From Dicyema japonicum (taxonomy: Eukaryota > Animalia > Dicyemida), in NCBI GenBank assembly GCA_011109175.1, contig RDEW01000033.1, forward strand, positions 124,001 through 188,000: DNA of 64,000 bases, in the 5' to 3' direction. The translations under genes and the position numbers were made by a program. The notes under the pieces are model-generated. The model was given only the letters and a program-made list of their open reading frames with translations, did not search any database and was not told the DNA's origin. Positions 1 through 12,365 of this stretch are shown here, one piece after another. Every line of letters begins with the position of its first letter. Within the stretch, counting starts at the first letter, position 1.

Positions 1-700
1 GAAGCATACCACGGCGGACCATGTCAAAAGCCCTAGAGAGGTCTATTCTCAGGACTTTTGCTGCACTTTTGAATCTCTGGCTGATAGCGCGGCGCCATTT
101 GTGGCTCCTAGTACATCCCAAGTGGATCTTCCTATCCTAAATCCATTGTGACTACGGGATAGATAGTTGTCCACTTGTTCTCTGATTCGGTTCAACGTAA
201 CTAATGCCAGAAGTTTCTTTAAAATGTTTAGCAAGATTATTGTAGGTAGGTTTTCCCAGCCCGCTTGTTAGATTTTTGTATTGGTATTAATAGTCCGGAT
301 CAAGAGCGGGGTATTATTATTTTTCCTAAAAATAGCGTTAGGTCGTTCTGCCAGTTTGGCTTTTAGTGCAGGCGACCCGTATTTGAGCAGTTCTGAATTG
401 ATTCCACCCGGTTCAGAGGAGTGGCCATTCTTAAGTTTGACTATTGCATTTGAGATTTTGCCAGATGTGATAACTCTATCGAGTTGAGTGACGTATCAAC
501 AAGTATGATCAGATATTTCTCCGTGAACAGTTAATGTACCCTCGAAATACGACGCAATATATTCAGCCTGACCTTTGGGATTTGTTGAGAATCTTGACTC
601 GGCAGATGAAGTAGTCAATTTGGTTGAAAATGTTACTAGAGCCTTCGGTAGGTAAGAATCCATGTCGTTTTATGACGCGTGGGGTGTTGAAAACCAGTAT
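1..700 (-). mobile_element. RTE-like LINE fragment (APE C-terminus, linker and RT N-terminus), degenerate
   Basis: Minus-strand peptides NQIDYFICRVK (matches IYNQIDYVICRAK in the 36082 ORF) and RIREQVDNYLSRSHNGFRIGRSTWD (RT domain 2 like). Confidence 0.75.
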
Positions 701-719
701 TACATAGGAACAGATCAAA

Positions 720-3700
720 TGCCTGGCAAAATTCTGCCAAGATGGTTCCCGGAAAGTTTCTTGTTGTGTGGTTATGCCTGTCGTTAAAAAAGCTCCTACA
801 AAGAAGATTACTAAAATCAAAAAGGCCACCTCTTGAGGGGTTTTAAAGAAGAGTTGTATTGAAAGCATTAAGAATCTATCTCCGGAACCGTTAACTGTGA
901 AAGACAAACCCAAAACAGCGTTTAGAGTGGAATCGACAGATCATTGTTTGACAGTTGAACTCTCGGCTATAGACAAGAGCATGGGGAGTATTAAACTTGC
1001 AAACCTGTTATGTGGATTGAAATTACTGAAAAACACCAGAGTGACTGGAAAAGGCCTCGGGATTTTCCGATTGGAGTTTAAAGAAGAGTCAGATAAAATC
1101 TCATTCGTTGAAGAGACTAATCTATTTTCTCCTTTCGGGAAAGGAAACCACAAGGTGATCGAAAGAGGCTTTCGGAAATTGTTCTAAAGAATGTGCCAAT
1201 ATGGAATGAGGAAAACGAACTTATGGTTTACATGAAGAAACTTTCTCCAACCACTGAGTCGGTGAAACGTATTGTAGGGAACGGAGGAAAACTCTCTGTT
1301 GTGAAGATGAGCTTAAAGTCAATGGCAGAAGCTACGTCCTTGATACGCCTGGGTCTTATCATTAAATGGATGGAAATCGATTGTGAGTGGGCCAGAAGAC
1401 CACCCAAGATGTTTTAATTGTCAATATTTCGGACACATTGCAATGGGGCAAAGAGATGTTTCTTATGTGGAGGAGCACATAGTTCACTCGGAGTGCCCAG
1501 AAGCGAACAATAGAAGATCCTGTATCAACTGCGGGTCTGGTGATCACGGAACGAGTTATGGTGGTTGTCCGGTTGCCAGGGAAGCCGTGGCCTTCCACAG
1601 GAAGTGGAACCGAATGTCATGGGTTAGGAACATGGAGGAGAGGAAAAAATCCTCCTCCGTCACATTACCTAGATACGAAGTCTAGTGAAAACAAGCAGGA
1701 CGCAATAATCAAAAATCGACCTCTAAAATACGATGTTATGAATCCAACACAGAAAAAGCCAATTGTGGATAAAGAATACCTGGAGGAGAAGCTAAAAAGT
1801 CTGCTGGGAATCTATTTTGGGAGCATCTGAAAGACAATCGAGAGAACTTACATATGTGATTAACCGTCTAAATGAAAAGTGTGATAAGGTAAACTTGGAT
1901 TTACTGCAAGTGGTGGCTCTGGTCCTGAAGAGATCATGCCGCCAAGACCAGTGAACCAAAACATAAGGATCATGCTCGTGAATGCCCGATCAATCTTGAG
2001 GAGGCATCACGAGCTAGCTTCCATGGCGAATGCCGAGGAAGCTGATATGATAATTGTCAACGAAATGAAGATGAAATCATGAGAATACAGTACTCCCGGG
2101 TTTCGAATCGATATCTTTATACTGCAAAGAAGGGGCTATACCAGGGACTGGAACATCAATTTTTTATCGGTATCATCTAAAGACAAGGAATCCCAGAATT
2201 GTTTCATCAATTTGTTGTGAGTTTTGATGTTCGTTGTGTAGACGGATGGCTCGCAATTGGCGGTATGTATTCCAAATCCTTGAGGAATGTACCGGAGATA
2301 TCTCCCAGTTTTTCAACGAAAACCCGATGGCCATACTGGGAGGTGATCTCAACTCCAAGAGCACTTCCTTTGGCTGCAAGAAGAGTAACAGGATGGCGAG
2401 CTCCTGATGAAGCTATCTAAAGGTCTAGGAGTAAAAGTCCCTACATCGAAAGAGGATAACCATTTTCTCCCTACGGGGTGACAAGCTTGTTGTCTTCTTG
2501 AATTCACCTGCTATTTCAGAATACGCCGACGTACCAATTACTCTTCCGGATTTTGGCAGTGACCACATTCCATTGCTAATATCCGTGGATATGAAGATGA
2601 TTAATGAACCTGGAGTCTTTGTTGGTTACGATACCAAGAATCTAAACTGGAATCACTATAAGATGTTCATTAAAAAGGAATTGATGTTAGGACATACTGA
2701 ACTTAATATTCTTCTGGAAATTGTTAAAACAAGTAAACGAGTAACGGATCTGATATTGTACTATCTGGATAACTTTGCTAGAAAAATATACTCAAGAAAC
2801 GATAATGCTGTCCCTATTCCATGGCACATCAAGAGAATTGTGTTGAAAAGAAATAATCTAAGAACTAAACTGAGGAGATGCGTAGACCCACAGGACCGCT
2901 TAGCCTTGTCTCACAAAATTGGCGAACTACAAAAGCAGTTGTCGGAAAAATTCAAAAGTTGGAATGAGAATAAGTGGAACTCTCAACTACGGAAGCTAAA
3001 CAAACACAATCCTTCTTTCTGGAAGGTATACCGAAGAGTGAGGAACCCAGAGGCAATCGCAAACAAGATTGTGCTCAAGAAACCGGATGGCACCTACTAT
3101 GCTGAAGAAGAAATACCTCTAGTTTTTGAGACACAGCTTAAAAAGATATTTGATGTGGACGATGATATCATAGCAAAGAAGACTTGTTACAAACCATTGT
3201 CAGAGAAAACAGCATTTATAGAGATCTCTCTAGAAGAGCTGAAGATAGCAATAAGAGCTGTCAAGAATAAAGCTCCGGGCAGTGATTTCATCAAAGCTAG
3301 GATGTTCAAAAAAGGCCCGGAAATTTTATTCGAAGTCCTAAAAGATATGTTCAACGCATGCATAAAAATTGGCCATGTTCCGCAGGAATGGAAGAAGACA
3401 TTGTACGGATGGTGGCTAAAACAGGAAGACCGAAAAATGATCCTGATAGCTACCGTCCGATCAGCTTGATTAGGACGATCTCAAAAAGTCATGGAAAAAA
3501 TTATCTTCTGGAGGCTTACAACTCATCTGGAAAAAGAAGATTACTTCAGAAATGATCAATTTGGTTATCGCCCAGGACGGTCATGCGATGATTGCTTATT
3601 TCATCTCAACTCCGAGTTATGCAAAGCCAGAGAATCCAAATGTCTCTCGAATATCATGTCTAGACATATCAAAAGCAGTGTTAACCACAGAGCCATAATC

Positions 3701-4560
3701 GATCAGTTATCTCGGACGGAGAACCCAAAGGAACTAGTGAATTGGGTGAAAGTATATCTAGAAGGAATAAAATCCTATGTTAGATGCGGACGCTATTTTT
3801 CAAATATGATATTATTGAAGAGAGGAGTCCTACAAGGATCAATTTTGAGCCCTATATTTAATGTTCTAATGGCGGTTCGTTCCGTCTACACCGAGTACGA
3901 GATCTCTGATATACGCAGACGACGTGCTACTGTCTGATATGTCGAGATCGATCTCAGAAAGGAGACTCAATATGTACAAGGAAGAGATAAAAGACTGGTG
4001 TGGTCTTTATGGGTTAAAACTGTCAGAAAAAAATCTAGTGCAATAATGTTCCTCGGTCGGAATGGTAAAGTAAATCAGAAAGATTCCATATGCGGAATCA
4101 ACATTGTGAGCTCTCTGAAGTATCTCGGAACAGCTTTTGAGAAATCTGGGAGCACATTGTGCGATTTTAAACTCAAAAGGAAGAAAGCCCACCATGCGTT
4201 ATTGTGTATGAGGAAATTGAGACTCGAAACGGATATGTTTTTATTTATTTTTTCACGTACGATCATTCCATCACTCCTTTATGGCACTGGAAGGATGGTA
4301 TTACACTGCATACAAAAAGCGTTTTATCTTGCTTCTTGAAAATCGAGGAGAGCAGGGATCAAGGATTGCCTTACACAAAAGGCTCGACGAGAAGCTAGAT
4401 GAAGATGAAAATTTGCTAGTAATGTCGATAAAAAATGCAGCAGAAAAAAGGATGGATAAACTACCTGAAAAGAGATGCCTCGTATGTTGCAGCACAGAAT
4501 AAACGATAAGAGAGGTCTGAGAGCGCAGAGAAGAATCCAAGTGTTTGCAGGACTTGCGGC
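720..4560 (+). mobile_element. Near full-length Jockey/I-like LINE: gag-like ORF1 (about 897-1830) and APE-RT ORF2 (about 1960-4502), frameshifted
   Basis: CCHC knuckles RCFNCQYFGH and CINCGSGDH; APE motifs MLVNARSI and GSDHIPL; RT motifs KAPGSDFI, YRPISLI, QFGYRPGRS and GVLQGSILSP. Confidence 0.9.
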
Positions 4561-4582
4561 ATGAGGCCAAATAACTCCCTCT

Positions 4583-5060
4583 TTAATTTTTCCTTGCTAA
4601 TAAAGTTGTTAAAAAAATGTCCTCCCCAATTCCTAGTAGAACAGGTCGAATTCTTCCTGATATTTTAGGATACATCCACTGTTTCCTGATGGAAAAATAG
4701 TCGAGGATGGAATCTTGGACGTAGTTGTAAGACGCTGATCCAGTCACTGACTTTCCAATAATTATATAATCCGGGAATATATAGTCCTTTATTACAAAAT
4801 CTTGTCCATAATGCCTCGATTCAGAGGAAAGCAATATTAAGCGGTAATTTTCATGTATTTCATCGTGTCCATTTTTTATTTTAGTCTCCTTCAAGTAGCA
4901 TACAGAAACCCTGTATTTCTCATCATCGGAACATAGAAGGTGCCTCTTTGCCATGTTATTCAGGCCTCTGACATTCAATGTAAGGATGGTTACGTCATTG
5001 GATTGTTCGAAACGCTCTATAGACATAAGTGCAAACTAGAGGTGCGTCACAACACCAACT
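4583..5060 (-). mobile_element. RTE-like LINE 5' fragment (APE N-terminus and 5' UTR motif)
   Basis: ILTLNVRGLNN...VCYLKETK, homologous to the 36666 and 55880 ORFs. Confidence 0.8.
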
Positions 5061-5139
5061 AAAATACGTCATCAATCGAACGATAACCAGTGAATTTTAA
5101 AAATTAAAATAAATAAATGTTATTAAAACAAAAAATTGA

Positions 5140-6051
5140 TTAATAAATAAAACTATTAGCCATTTCCTTAAGATTTATAAGTTCCTTTCTGATGATATCC
5201 GTTATTTCAATTCTGACTTTAGTCTATCAATGAAAAACAAGTCAACCTCGTCAGTATTCGATTTGCGAAATTTGTCCACTAAATCAGTAAAGTCGATCGG
5301 CTGACCGACCAAAACGGAAATTTTCTTTAAATCAGTAAAATGATTCTACTTTAAATAACAAAGGGAATGTTCTATCCAAAGGCATCATATTATTCATTCC
5401 TAGAACTAAAACCACCACAAAATAACCCACGTGCCATATCGGTATAACCCAAGGTGTTTGTCTTGCTTGAGAAACTAGTCTTCCAATCCCTGAGACTAAT
5501 TATTTAACAGTGAACCCCATTTAAGTCTAGGCACGTTTCCATCCTCGACTATTTTTCCCTCGGGAAACACGTGGACCCACTGCTTCCTATCAAGAAGGTC
5601 GATGCACATATCCACTGCTCTCTGATAGACTCCATCTCCTCGATAGGTAGGAATGCACTGTCCTCTTGAAAAAAACCAAGCATGGAGAGATTTACTGAAG
5701 CAAATCTTTTCATCCGCCATCACCCACCGACATGCAAAAGGACGAAGAATTCTCCAAGGTAAGGAAGCTTGGAGTCAACTTGAGAACAACCATAAATCAT
5801 AGGGTCGTCAAAAATTGAAGTATGGTTCGCTACCGTAATCACCGCACGTGATCTGGGAAATTCTAGTTTGGAAATGAGCTCATCAATATTGAATACTCTA
5901 TAGCTAGTCCCGAAACCTTATATATTTTATAAAGAAACAAACGAGCCCAAAGTGAAGACAGGCCGGTGACCGAACCGATTATGAATTTGCTTCCTATATG
6001 CCAATGAACACCAAATTTATCTGGAAATGGCCACTTGAGTACATGAGGCAT
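5140..6051 (-). CDS. TAZ: Tafazzin (phospholipid-lysophospholipid transacylase), multi-exon with about 25-31 nt introns
   Basis: VANHTSIFDD (HxxxxD), FFSRGQCIPTYRGDGVYQ, WVHVFPEGK, LKWGIGRL and VIPIWH are joined across short GT-AG introns. ATG at 6051, stop at about 5140. Confidence 0.92.
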
Positions 6052-6129
6052 ACAAGTAGGAGTCAGAATTTTATTTAATTATTTAAATTTTATTTAACAA
6101 TGATTAACAAATTTTATAATGCAAATCCG

Positions 6130-7310
6130 TCCTTTCATAACTCTACCATCTTTTCTACACGGATTCTTCGAAGGACACTCAACAACAACTCATCTAACAA
6201 AACTGGTTCAATTCATTTCGACGGCCTGAATATCCTAAATCCACTTTTGACTCAGTATTGACTCAGTATTTGACTCAGTATCCCGGAAGATACTTAAAGC
6301 AAAAATTTTTTTGACGTCGATCCACCCTAAATTCAAATCATGGTTGGCTAACTTCATCAACGGTAGAATGATCCAGGTGGTGGCAAACAACCAAAAATCA
6401 AAACCGCAATACCTTCCAAACGGAGTTCCACAAAGATCACCGTTGTCTCCAATGCTCTTCAACATGTTCATCAGTGACCTACTATCCCCAACCACCAAAA
6501 ACACAATTCTTCTATCGTATGCGGATGATCTCGTGGTCGCAGTGAAACATTGAAGAATCGAGAAGGCGATCCGTGCAAGATCTACTAAACCTGATGGGTC
6601 TTTGGTTCCTGAAGAACCGTCTGAATATATAACCAGGAACGTCACATGTAATGACGTTCACCTCAGAACGAAAAGAATTACGGGCAACACAACGAATAAC
6701 ATTGTGTGATTCTCCGCTTCCCATTAAAAAGACCTTTTTAATCCTTGGAGTCATTCTGGATCCCCTACTCACATTTACCCATCAAGTGGACCTAGTAGCC
6801 GCGAGGATCCAAAAGAAAATTGGAATTCTCAAGGCTTTCACTCAGTCTCCAGTATCTTCCCGCTCATCGTTAGAACTTCTATACAAACAATTTGTTCTAC
6901 CTAGTATCGAGTACGCCTGTATTGCATGGATTGCCCCCATATCAATATCGGCACAGAGCAAGCTGGAGATTTTACAAAATCGATGTCTCAGGATTCTATT
7001 GAGATCGTCGAAAAAGACGTCCACTTCGTTACTTCGGAGAACACTAAACGTCCCCCCAATCATGGAATATTTTACGGAACGTCACCGGGACTTCCTCAAG
7101 ATGGCAAAGTCCCTTGACCATCCCCTCGGGCCGCACATCAAACTATATATGGACGCCTGCCCGAGATATGAGAAGAAACCTTCTCCGCTGTGGAGATTAA
7201 TCCAGGACTCTAAAACTCCTATGGACACCGGACTGGTATGGACACCGGGATCACTTAATTAACGATAATTTTTATCCTCTTTCTCGTGATTTCGGGGTTA
7301 ATAAAATAAA
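6130..7310 (+). mobile_element. Jockey/I-like LINE 3' half (RT C-terminal part, 3' stem-loop and A-rich tail)
   Basis: GVPQRSPLSPMLFNMF, SYADDL, ILGVILDPLLTF and LYKQFVLPSIEYAC; ends GGGGTTAATAAAATAAA. Confidence 0.88.
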
Positions 7311-7680
7311 TAATGCAAATGTTATTTTTTTCATTCTTGAAGGGATTGATGATTAAACTTAAAATTAATCCCAAACTAAGCATGGATTTATATTTTCTAA
7401 TAATTCTGACTATTCTCTTAGTGGAAGGGAAGGTAGAGATCTCTTTGTATGCCCTGGACCACCAGGACTCGACTTGAAAGTGAAATATCCTTACTATGGA
7501 CAGGACATGAAGGCACTATTCCTAATTATCGCCGAAATTTTTAGATCAACTTTTCTAACTGAACGTTTTTGATTTCCCAAATTAGTATAGTTTCGATTAA
7601 CTAGCCAAATCACTGATTTATAATTAAAATAAAATTAAGTTGCCATAGAAACCGATAAGAATACTATTTGAAAATTTCAA

Positions 7681-9680
7681 ATGACGCTAAAGACGAAAGT
7701 ATAATGGAATAAAAAAATAGAAAAACAAAATTACTAAACAGACCACATCTAAGAAGCCTTTTAATTCCACAGAAATTATCGCATCATATAAATCGAAAAT
7801 AGACGAATTGAACGAAAAAATAAACGCAATAAAACCATCTGTACTCCGATGTATAATACTTAGATTCGTAAAGACTTAAATTCCGAAAGACCGGATCAAT
7901 TCACGGAACTGTCTCATTTAATAGAATCCGTGGTCCAACATGGCAGATACTTGTGTGAGTTAATGGACAATCGACAAAAAGAGGACTGTCGACTTACAAA
8001 TCACCAAAAAGACTTTATTGACCAGGTGATTAAACTCCAATCTGCTGGAACATGCGTCTTAGAGTCTTTATCTACTTTTTCCCGACCTTCTTTGCCTCCC
8101 CCGCCAATCCTAAACGAAGAAAATTACGTAATTACTGTTTAAATTACTTATTAGTCCCTTAGAGTGGCGTTGGAAGATGCCCACAGATCTTCAGATGAGT
8201 TATATGAACAGCTAAAGCTCATGGAAGTTGTCATAGTTTTCACTACTCTTTAGGCTGAATTAAGCCAAGTTTCAGCAGAAAAAGAACAGGCGGATTTTGA
8301 CTGTTTGGAATGCAAACAAAAATTGGAAGAATTGACGTGTGAATTCAACAGATGTAGAATTCGCTGTAAAGTTGACTTGATTGTTTACTTCAGTCTCTGG
8401 AAGCTTCAACGTCTAAGCCAAAAAATGTCATCAGCAAAGACTTGACGAAAAGGTTCCAAAATGTATAATTAAAGGATTCACTTATTGCTGACTTGAATCG
8501 CAAAATATGCTCATTAAAGAGAAAATCAGAAAAAGATGAAAAATCGAGTGTACAGGAAACAAATTCTCTCCGCTTAGAAAACGAAAAATTAAAAGTAAAA
8601 ATGCCATTTTATTGAAGCAAGCTTTGGAAAGGACAAAAAACAAACTCAGCGACGAAGAACGACAGAAAAATAAACTAATCGCAGATTCAAAAAGTCGACA
8701 ACAAAATATCCATGAATATGAAAAATTGGCATATTTATTTGAAATATTTAAAGATTGAAAGTCGTAAAATGTCTAACGAAGAATGGCTGAAAGATGAGAT
8801 CGACAGAATCAATGCTGAAAAAGAAAGTCAGATAAACATCGTAATTAAGGTTCATAATTCTAGATGAGAAATAACGTTTTGGAAAAATTAAATGAGCTAG
8901 AACACATCCCAGAACTGCTTAAATCAACGGAAATACAACTCATCGATGCCAAGACGAAAGCTGATGAAAGTGAGGCCAAGGCAAAGAGGTACTACGAACA
9001 GCTAGAATTCATGAACAAACAAGTCAGTGATGACTTGTATCCCAAAATGACTCATTTTGAGGAGTAACGGTCAAAGTTAATTTTTAGAAAAATGATAAAT
9101 ATGGAAGTTGAAAAGAATAATTTGAGGGAAAAACTTTGTGAAAGGGAAAATGAATTCCATGAAATTATGGTTTAATTTTAAATTGAAATTAGGCCCAACT
9201 CGACTTTAAAGCGCAAGAAAATGCAAAATTAACGAAAAATTTGGAACAAGCGCTTCAAGAATTGAAAAAATTCAGTTCAGGGTTTCACTGCCTTTTATAA
9301 TTTCTAGAATATCAACGGTTACGAAAAATTGAATTTTCTCAGTCAGCAGGTGGGTTCACTGAAGAAACAGGTCCAAGCACTACAAGCAGAGCGAGACAAG
9401 GTTGATCATATAAGGAACATGATAGGAGTCTTTAAGATCAGTTGAAAGGATATCCGAATTAGAGATGGAACTTGAACAAAGTAATAGCTTGAACAGAAGT
9501 TTGCAAGATTATGTGGATTTTTTACGCAGCACGTGTGACATGAATAATTCTGAGCCAGAGCTACTTGCCTCAACTTCTCCACAAAAATATCCCAATCAAC
9601 AAAACATGAGGACCCCTTTAAGTTTATTATTAACAATTTATCTTAATAAATTTAGTTCAATCTTAAAACGACTCTTTTAG
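7681..9680 (+). CDS. Coiled-coil protein resembling outer dense fiber protein 2/cenexin; multi-exon, ends approximate
   Basis: Heptad-rich exons split by short GT-AG introns. ELEHIPELLKSTEIQLIDAK resembles the ODF2 segment LPDILKITEAKL as I recall it. Confidence 0.6.
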
Positions 9681-9869
9681 TTTTTTCGAAATACGAGTGA
9701 CCACTTCGATAATTACTGAGGGTCGGGTTCAATATAATAACAAATATTATCAGCACCTTCGGAGAGCCATAATCAATATAATACACGACAAACAGCCCTG
9801 CCGCGCAGGATTAGTTATGTTTCCGTTACCTAAACTTCAGTTTAGGCAGAACTCACACTTTACCAAGAC

Positions 9870-10078
9870 ATTAATCCAAGGCATTGAAAATGTTCTTGAT
9901 TTTTTGTATTTTCCTTTTGATTGTGCTTGAGTCTCAGAAGACCCAGTGATGAAACATACATGATGGCGTCACTTATCAACCCAGAAGCATCGTAGATGTG
10001 TGGAACCTTTAACAAAATGGACAGCAGCAAGATTCGAACCCGGTTTTTTGGTGCAGAATTTATTACCTGCGCCATCCA
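9870..10078 (-). mobile_element. tRNA-headed SINE family A, copy 1 (diverged)
   Basis: Minus strand: TGGCGCAGG (A box), GGTTCGAATC (B box), then GCTGCTG...AAGGTTCCAC.CATCTACGATGC...GTGACGCCATCAT, shared with four other copies. Confidence 0.8.
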
Positions 10079-10200
10079 GATATTTTTATCTATGACTAGA
10101 ATAACCCTGTTATTTTTGCCTATGACTAGATGAAGAATGAGATTGTGATCTCTGAAGTTGGAATTACATCTCAGGAAGCTACACAAGTCTAGCTAATTAA
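10075..10200 (+). mobile_element. RLE-type LINE stub (restriction-like endonuclease)
   Basis: PDIFIYD...EIVISEVGITSQE matches KPDIFVYD...LIEVGITSQD in the 19364 ORF. Confidence 0.7.
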
Positions 10201-10229
10201 GTTATGATTTTCTATAGCGATCCATTAAA

Positions 10230-10565
10230 AATAATTTTGATCGGTTTATGTAAGATGGTGTAGAGGAAGTCCTATCTGCATCTAGCCATTTGGTAGAGTT
10301 GAAGGCTCAGTTTGCTCCACGGTACCCATAAATATGCTAGTCACTAAGGCACAATGGAATTTGTTTGGTCATATTCTAAGAATGAACTCAAGTAAGCTAG
10401 CTAATTTCATCATGGACAACTACTGAGCAGCGTCTAGAAAAAGATTTCGTGGCCATCCACGGCGTTTCCTGAAATTCTTAATGAGAATCAGATTCTAATA
10501 AAGAGGTCACTGAGGGACAAGCAAGACCTAAGTGATCTGAAGAGTCTGGGATTATTATTAATAAT
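10230..10565 (+). mobile_element. RTE-like LINE 3' stub
   Basis: QWNLFGHILRM...ANFIMDNY...RFRGHPR followed by an (ATT/AAT)n tail. Confidence 0.7.
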
Positions 10566-10568
10566 AAG

Positions 10569-10900
10569 CCAAAAATCACCAGGTAAACTAATTACAAGGA
10601 AAACGCCATCAAGTGATCCCGGCTTCTCTCAGAATATTCTCATCTTTACCGGTGTCGCTCTCGGGAACCGACACATTTTCGATAACACCGTTCTTCTGGC
10701 GGTTTTCCATTTTGGGTGAATATGCCGCCGGAATTTCCCACAAGGACCTCAAATGGGGTTGTCCTTATTGGTAGTCTTGTGATTCGGAAGATTATTTCTG
10801 CCATATTGGATTCGGCAGCGTTGATCCATGTTTGTTTTGGCGAGTTTAATAGTCGATCAAGCAGAAGAGGGTGGAAGAGATTGGTACATATAGAATTATA
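10569..10900 (-). mobile_element. Jockey-like LINE 3' stub with terminal stem-loop
   Basis: About 330 bp similar to 44849-45200; carries CCGGGATCAC...GTGATTTTTGG. Confidence 0.8.
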
Positions 10901-11061
10901 GTTTATATGAGTATATATCTTATTGTTGCTAATAATAATTATATTTATGCAACAGTCTGGTTTAAAATAATTTATGGATTGATTTATAACAGATGTGTGT
11001 AGAGATTTTTAGGAGTGACACCTTGTGTCGGTTATAAAAGCCCTAAACTAACCGATTATTA

Positions 11062-11843
11062 ATGTTTCTGATTCCACTAGCACTTTGTTTTGCTTTCAGT
11101 CTGTCGAATCTGTCGACTCTGAAATTAGACGAAAAGGGCTATGACGTGAACAGAGTCGTAACCGCATTAGTAAATCTTGAAATCAAAATAGAGATCGACA
11201 AAAAAGTAAAAATACGTAAAACTTGAGATTAAAACGAATAATATAACGATCGGCTTATTTGGGGAATCTGTTCCCATTACAGTTCTCAATTTCCTGACGT
11301 TTGTGAAGGGATTCGACTATTTAGGAGTAAATGAGTAACTTATGATAGCGTAAATTTTCTTACAAAAATGTCCCGATTCACAAGATTGTCAAAGATTTTA
11401 TAATTCAGACAGAGATGCAGAAAATTTTGACGGATCTGGAAGTAAGCTTTTGATAATTTTTCAAAGGATTGAGTGCTTTTGGGGGACCATTTAGAGACGA
11501 GTCGTTCGATCTGAGTCATCGTGGCGTAGGATGGGTTTCAATGGCAAATAGTGGACAGAATTCTAATGGATGTCAATTTTTTATTCTTAACACCAAATCT
11601 CGTTGGTTGGATGGGAAACACGTGGTTTTTGGCAAGGTTATTAAAGGAATGGTGTATTCATAACTTAATTGATAGGACATAATTAACGGCTTAAACGATT
11701 TCAAGACTGACGATGACAATAAACCGATCGATTCGATCACAATAATTAATTCCTATGCTAAATCTCTAACTTACAGATATTACCTAACGGAATTTCAAAT
11801 GGAGAGTACTAAGGATTTGGCCACGACATCATTAATTGAATAA
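11062..11843 (+). CDS. Secretory cyclophilin (cyclophilin B/C-like); apparent 1-bp deletion near 11412
   Basis: Signal peptide [12 protein letters not shown]; [34 protein letters not shown] and [16 protein letters not shown]; four 22-25 nt introns, e.g. 11652-11675. Confidence 0.9.
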
Positions 11844-11902
11844 ATCGTTGCTTTAATTATTTCTCGGTTTTTGTGGTTTTAAATCTCTTCAACTTAAAGG
11901 TG

Positions 11903-11975
11903 ATATTTATTCAATAACCCCGGATATGTCGGAAAGAGGTTAAAAGTTAATTAATGTCTAACTATGATATATTCA
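11903..11975 (-). repeat. SINE family B tail stub
   Basis: Minus strand ...ATATCCGGGGTTATTGAATAAAT matches the family B tail. Confidence 0.55.
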
Positions 11976-12270
11976 GTTCCGCAAACCAGGCAGCTTGTCA
12001 CTCGTGACGCGATTAGCCATGGGTTCGATTCCCACATTGCTACCTACCTAGTCGAAAGATTCTATTCTGGTCTGCGACTTGTTCAAATTCTAATAGACGT
12101 CTTGTGATCCATTTGTCTCAGGAGATACCTAGTGTCTAACCGGCATTCAAAAAGTATCTATTTTCTTTCCTCCACTGGATGGAATCTCACAATGGTGGAT
12201 ATGGATAGACGTGATGTTTCAAAAAAACGAGTCTCATTCGACCGAGGAACCAGGATGTAGAGGTGATAAG
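11975..12270 (+). mobile_element. SINE family B, diverged copy retaining a tRNA-like head
   Basis: GGGTTCGATTCCC B box near 12026, then GACGTCTTGTGATCCATTTGTCT...CCGGCA...CTCCACTGGA, which aligns with the 55568 core. Confidence 0.65.
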
Positions 12271-12365
12271 AAATTTTTTAATAAAAATTTTAATAAAATA
12301 AAAAATATATTTAATTTATGAATATCCCTGAATAATTTAATTTTGAAAAATACTGATAACAAAAA

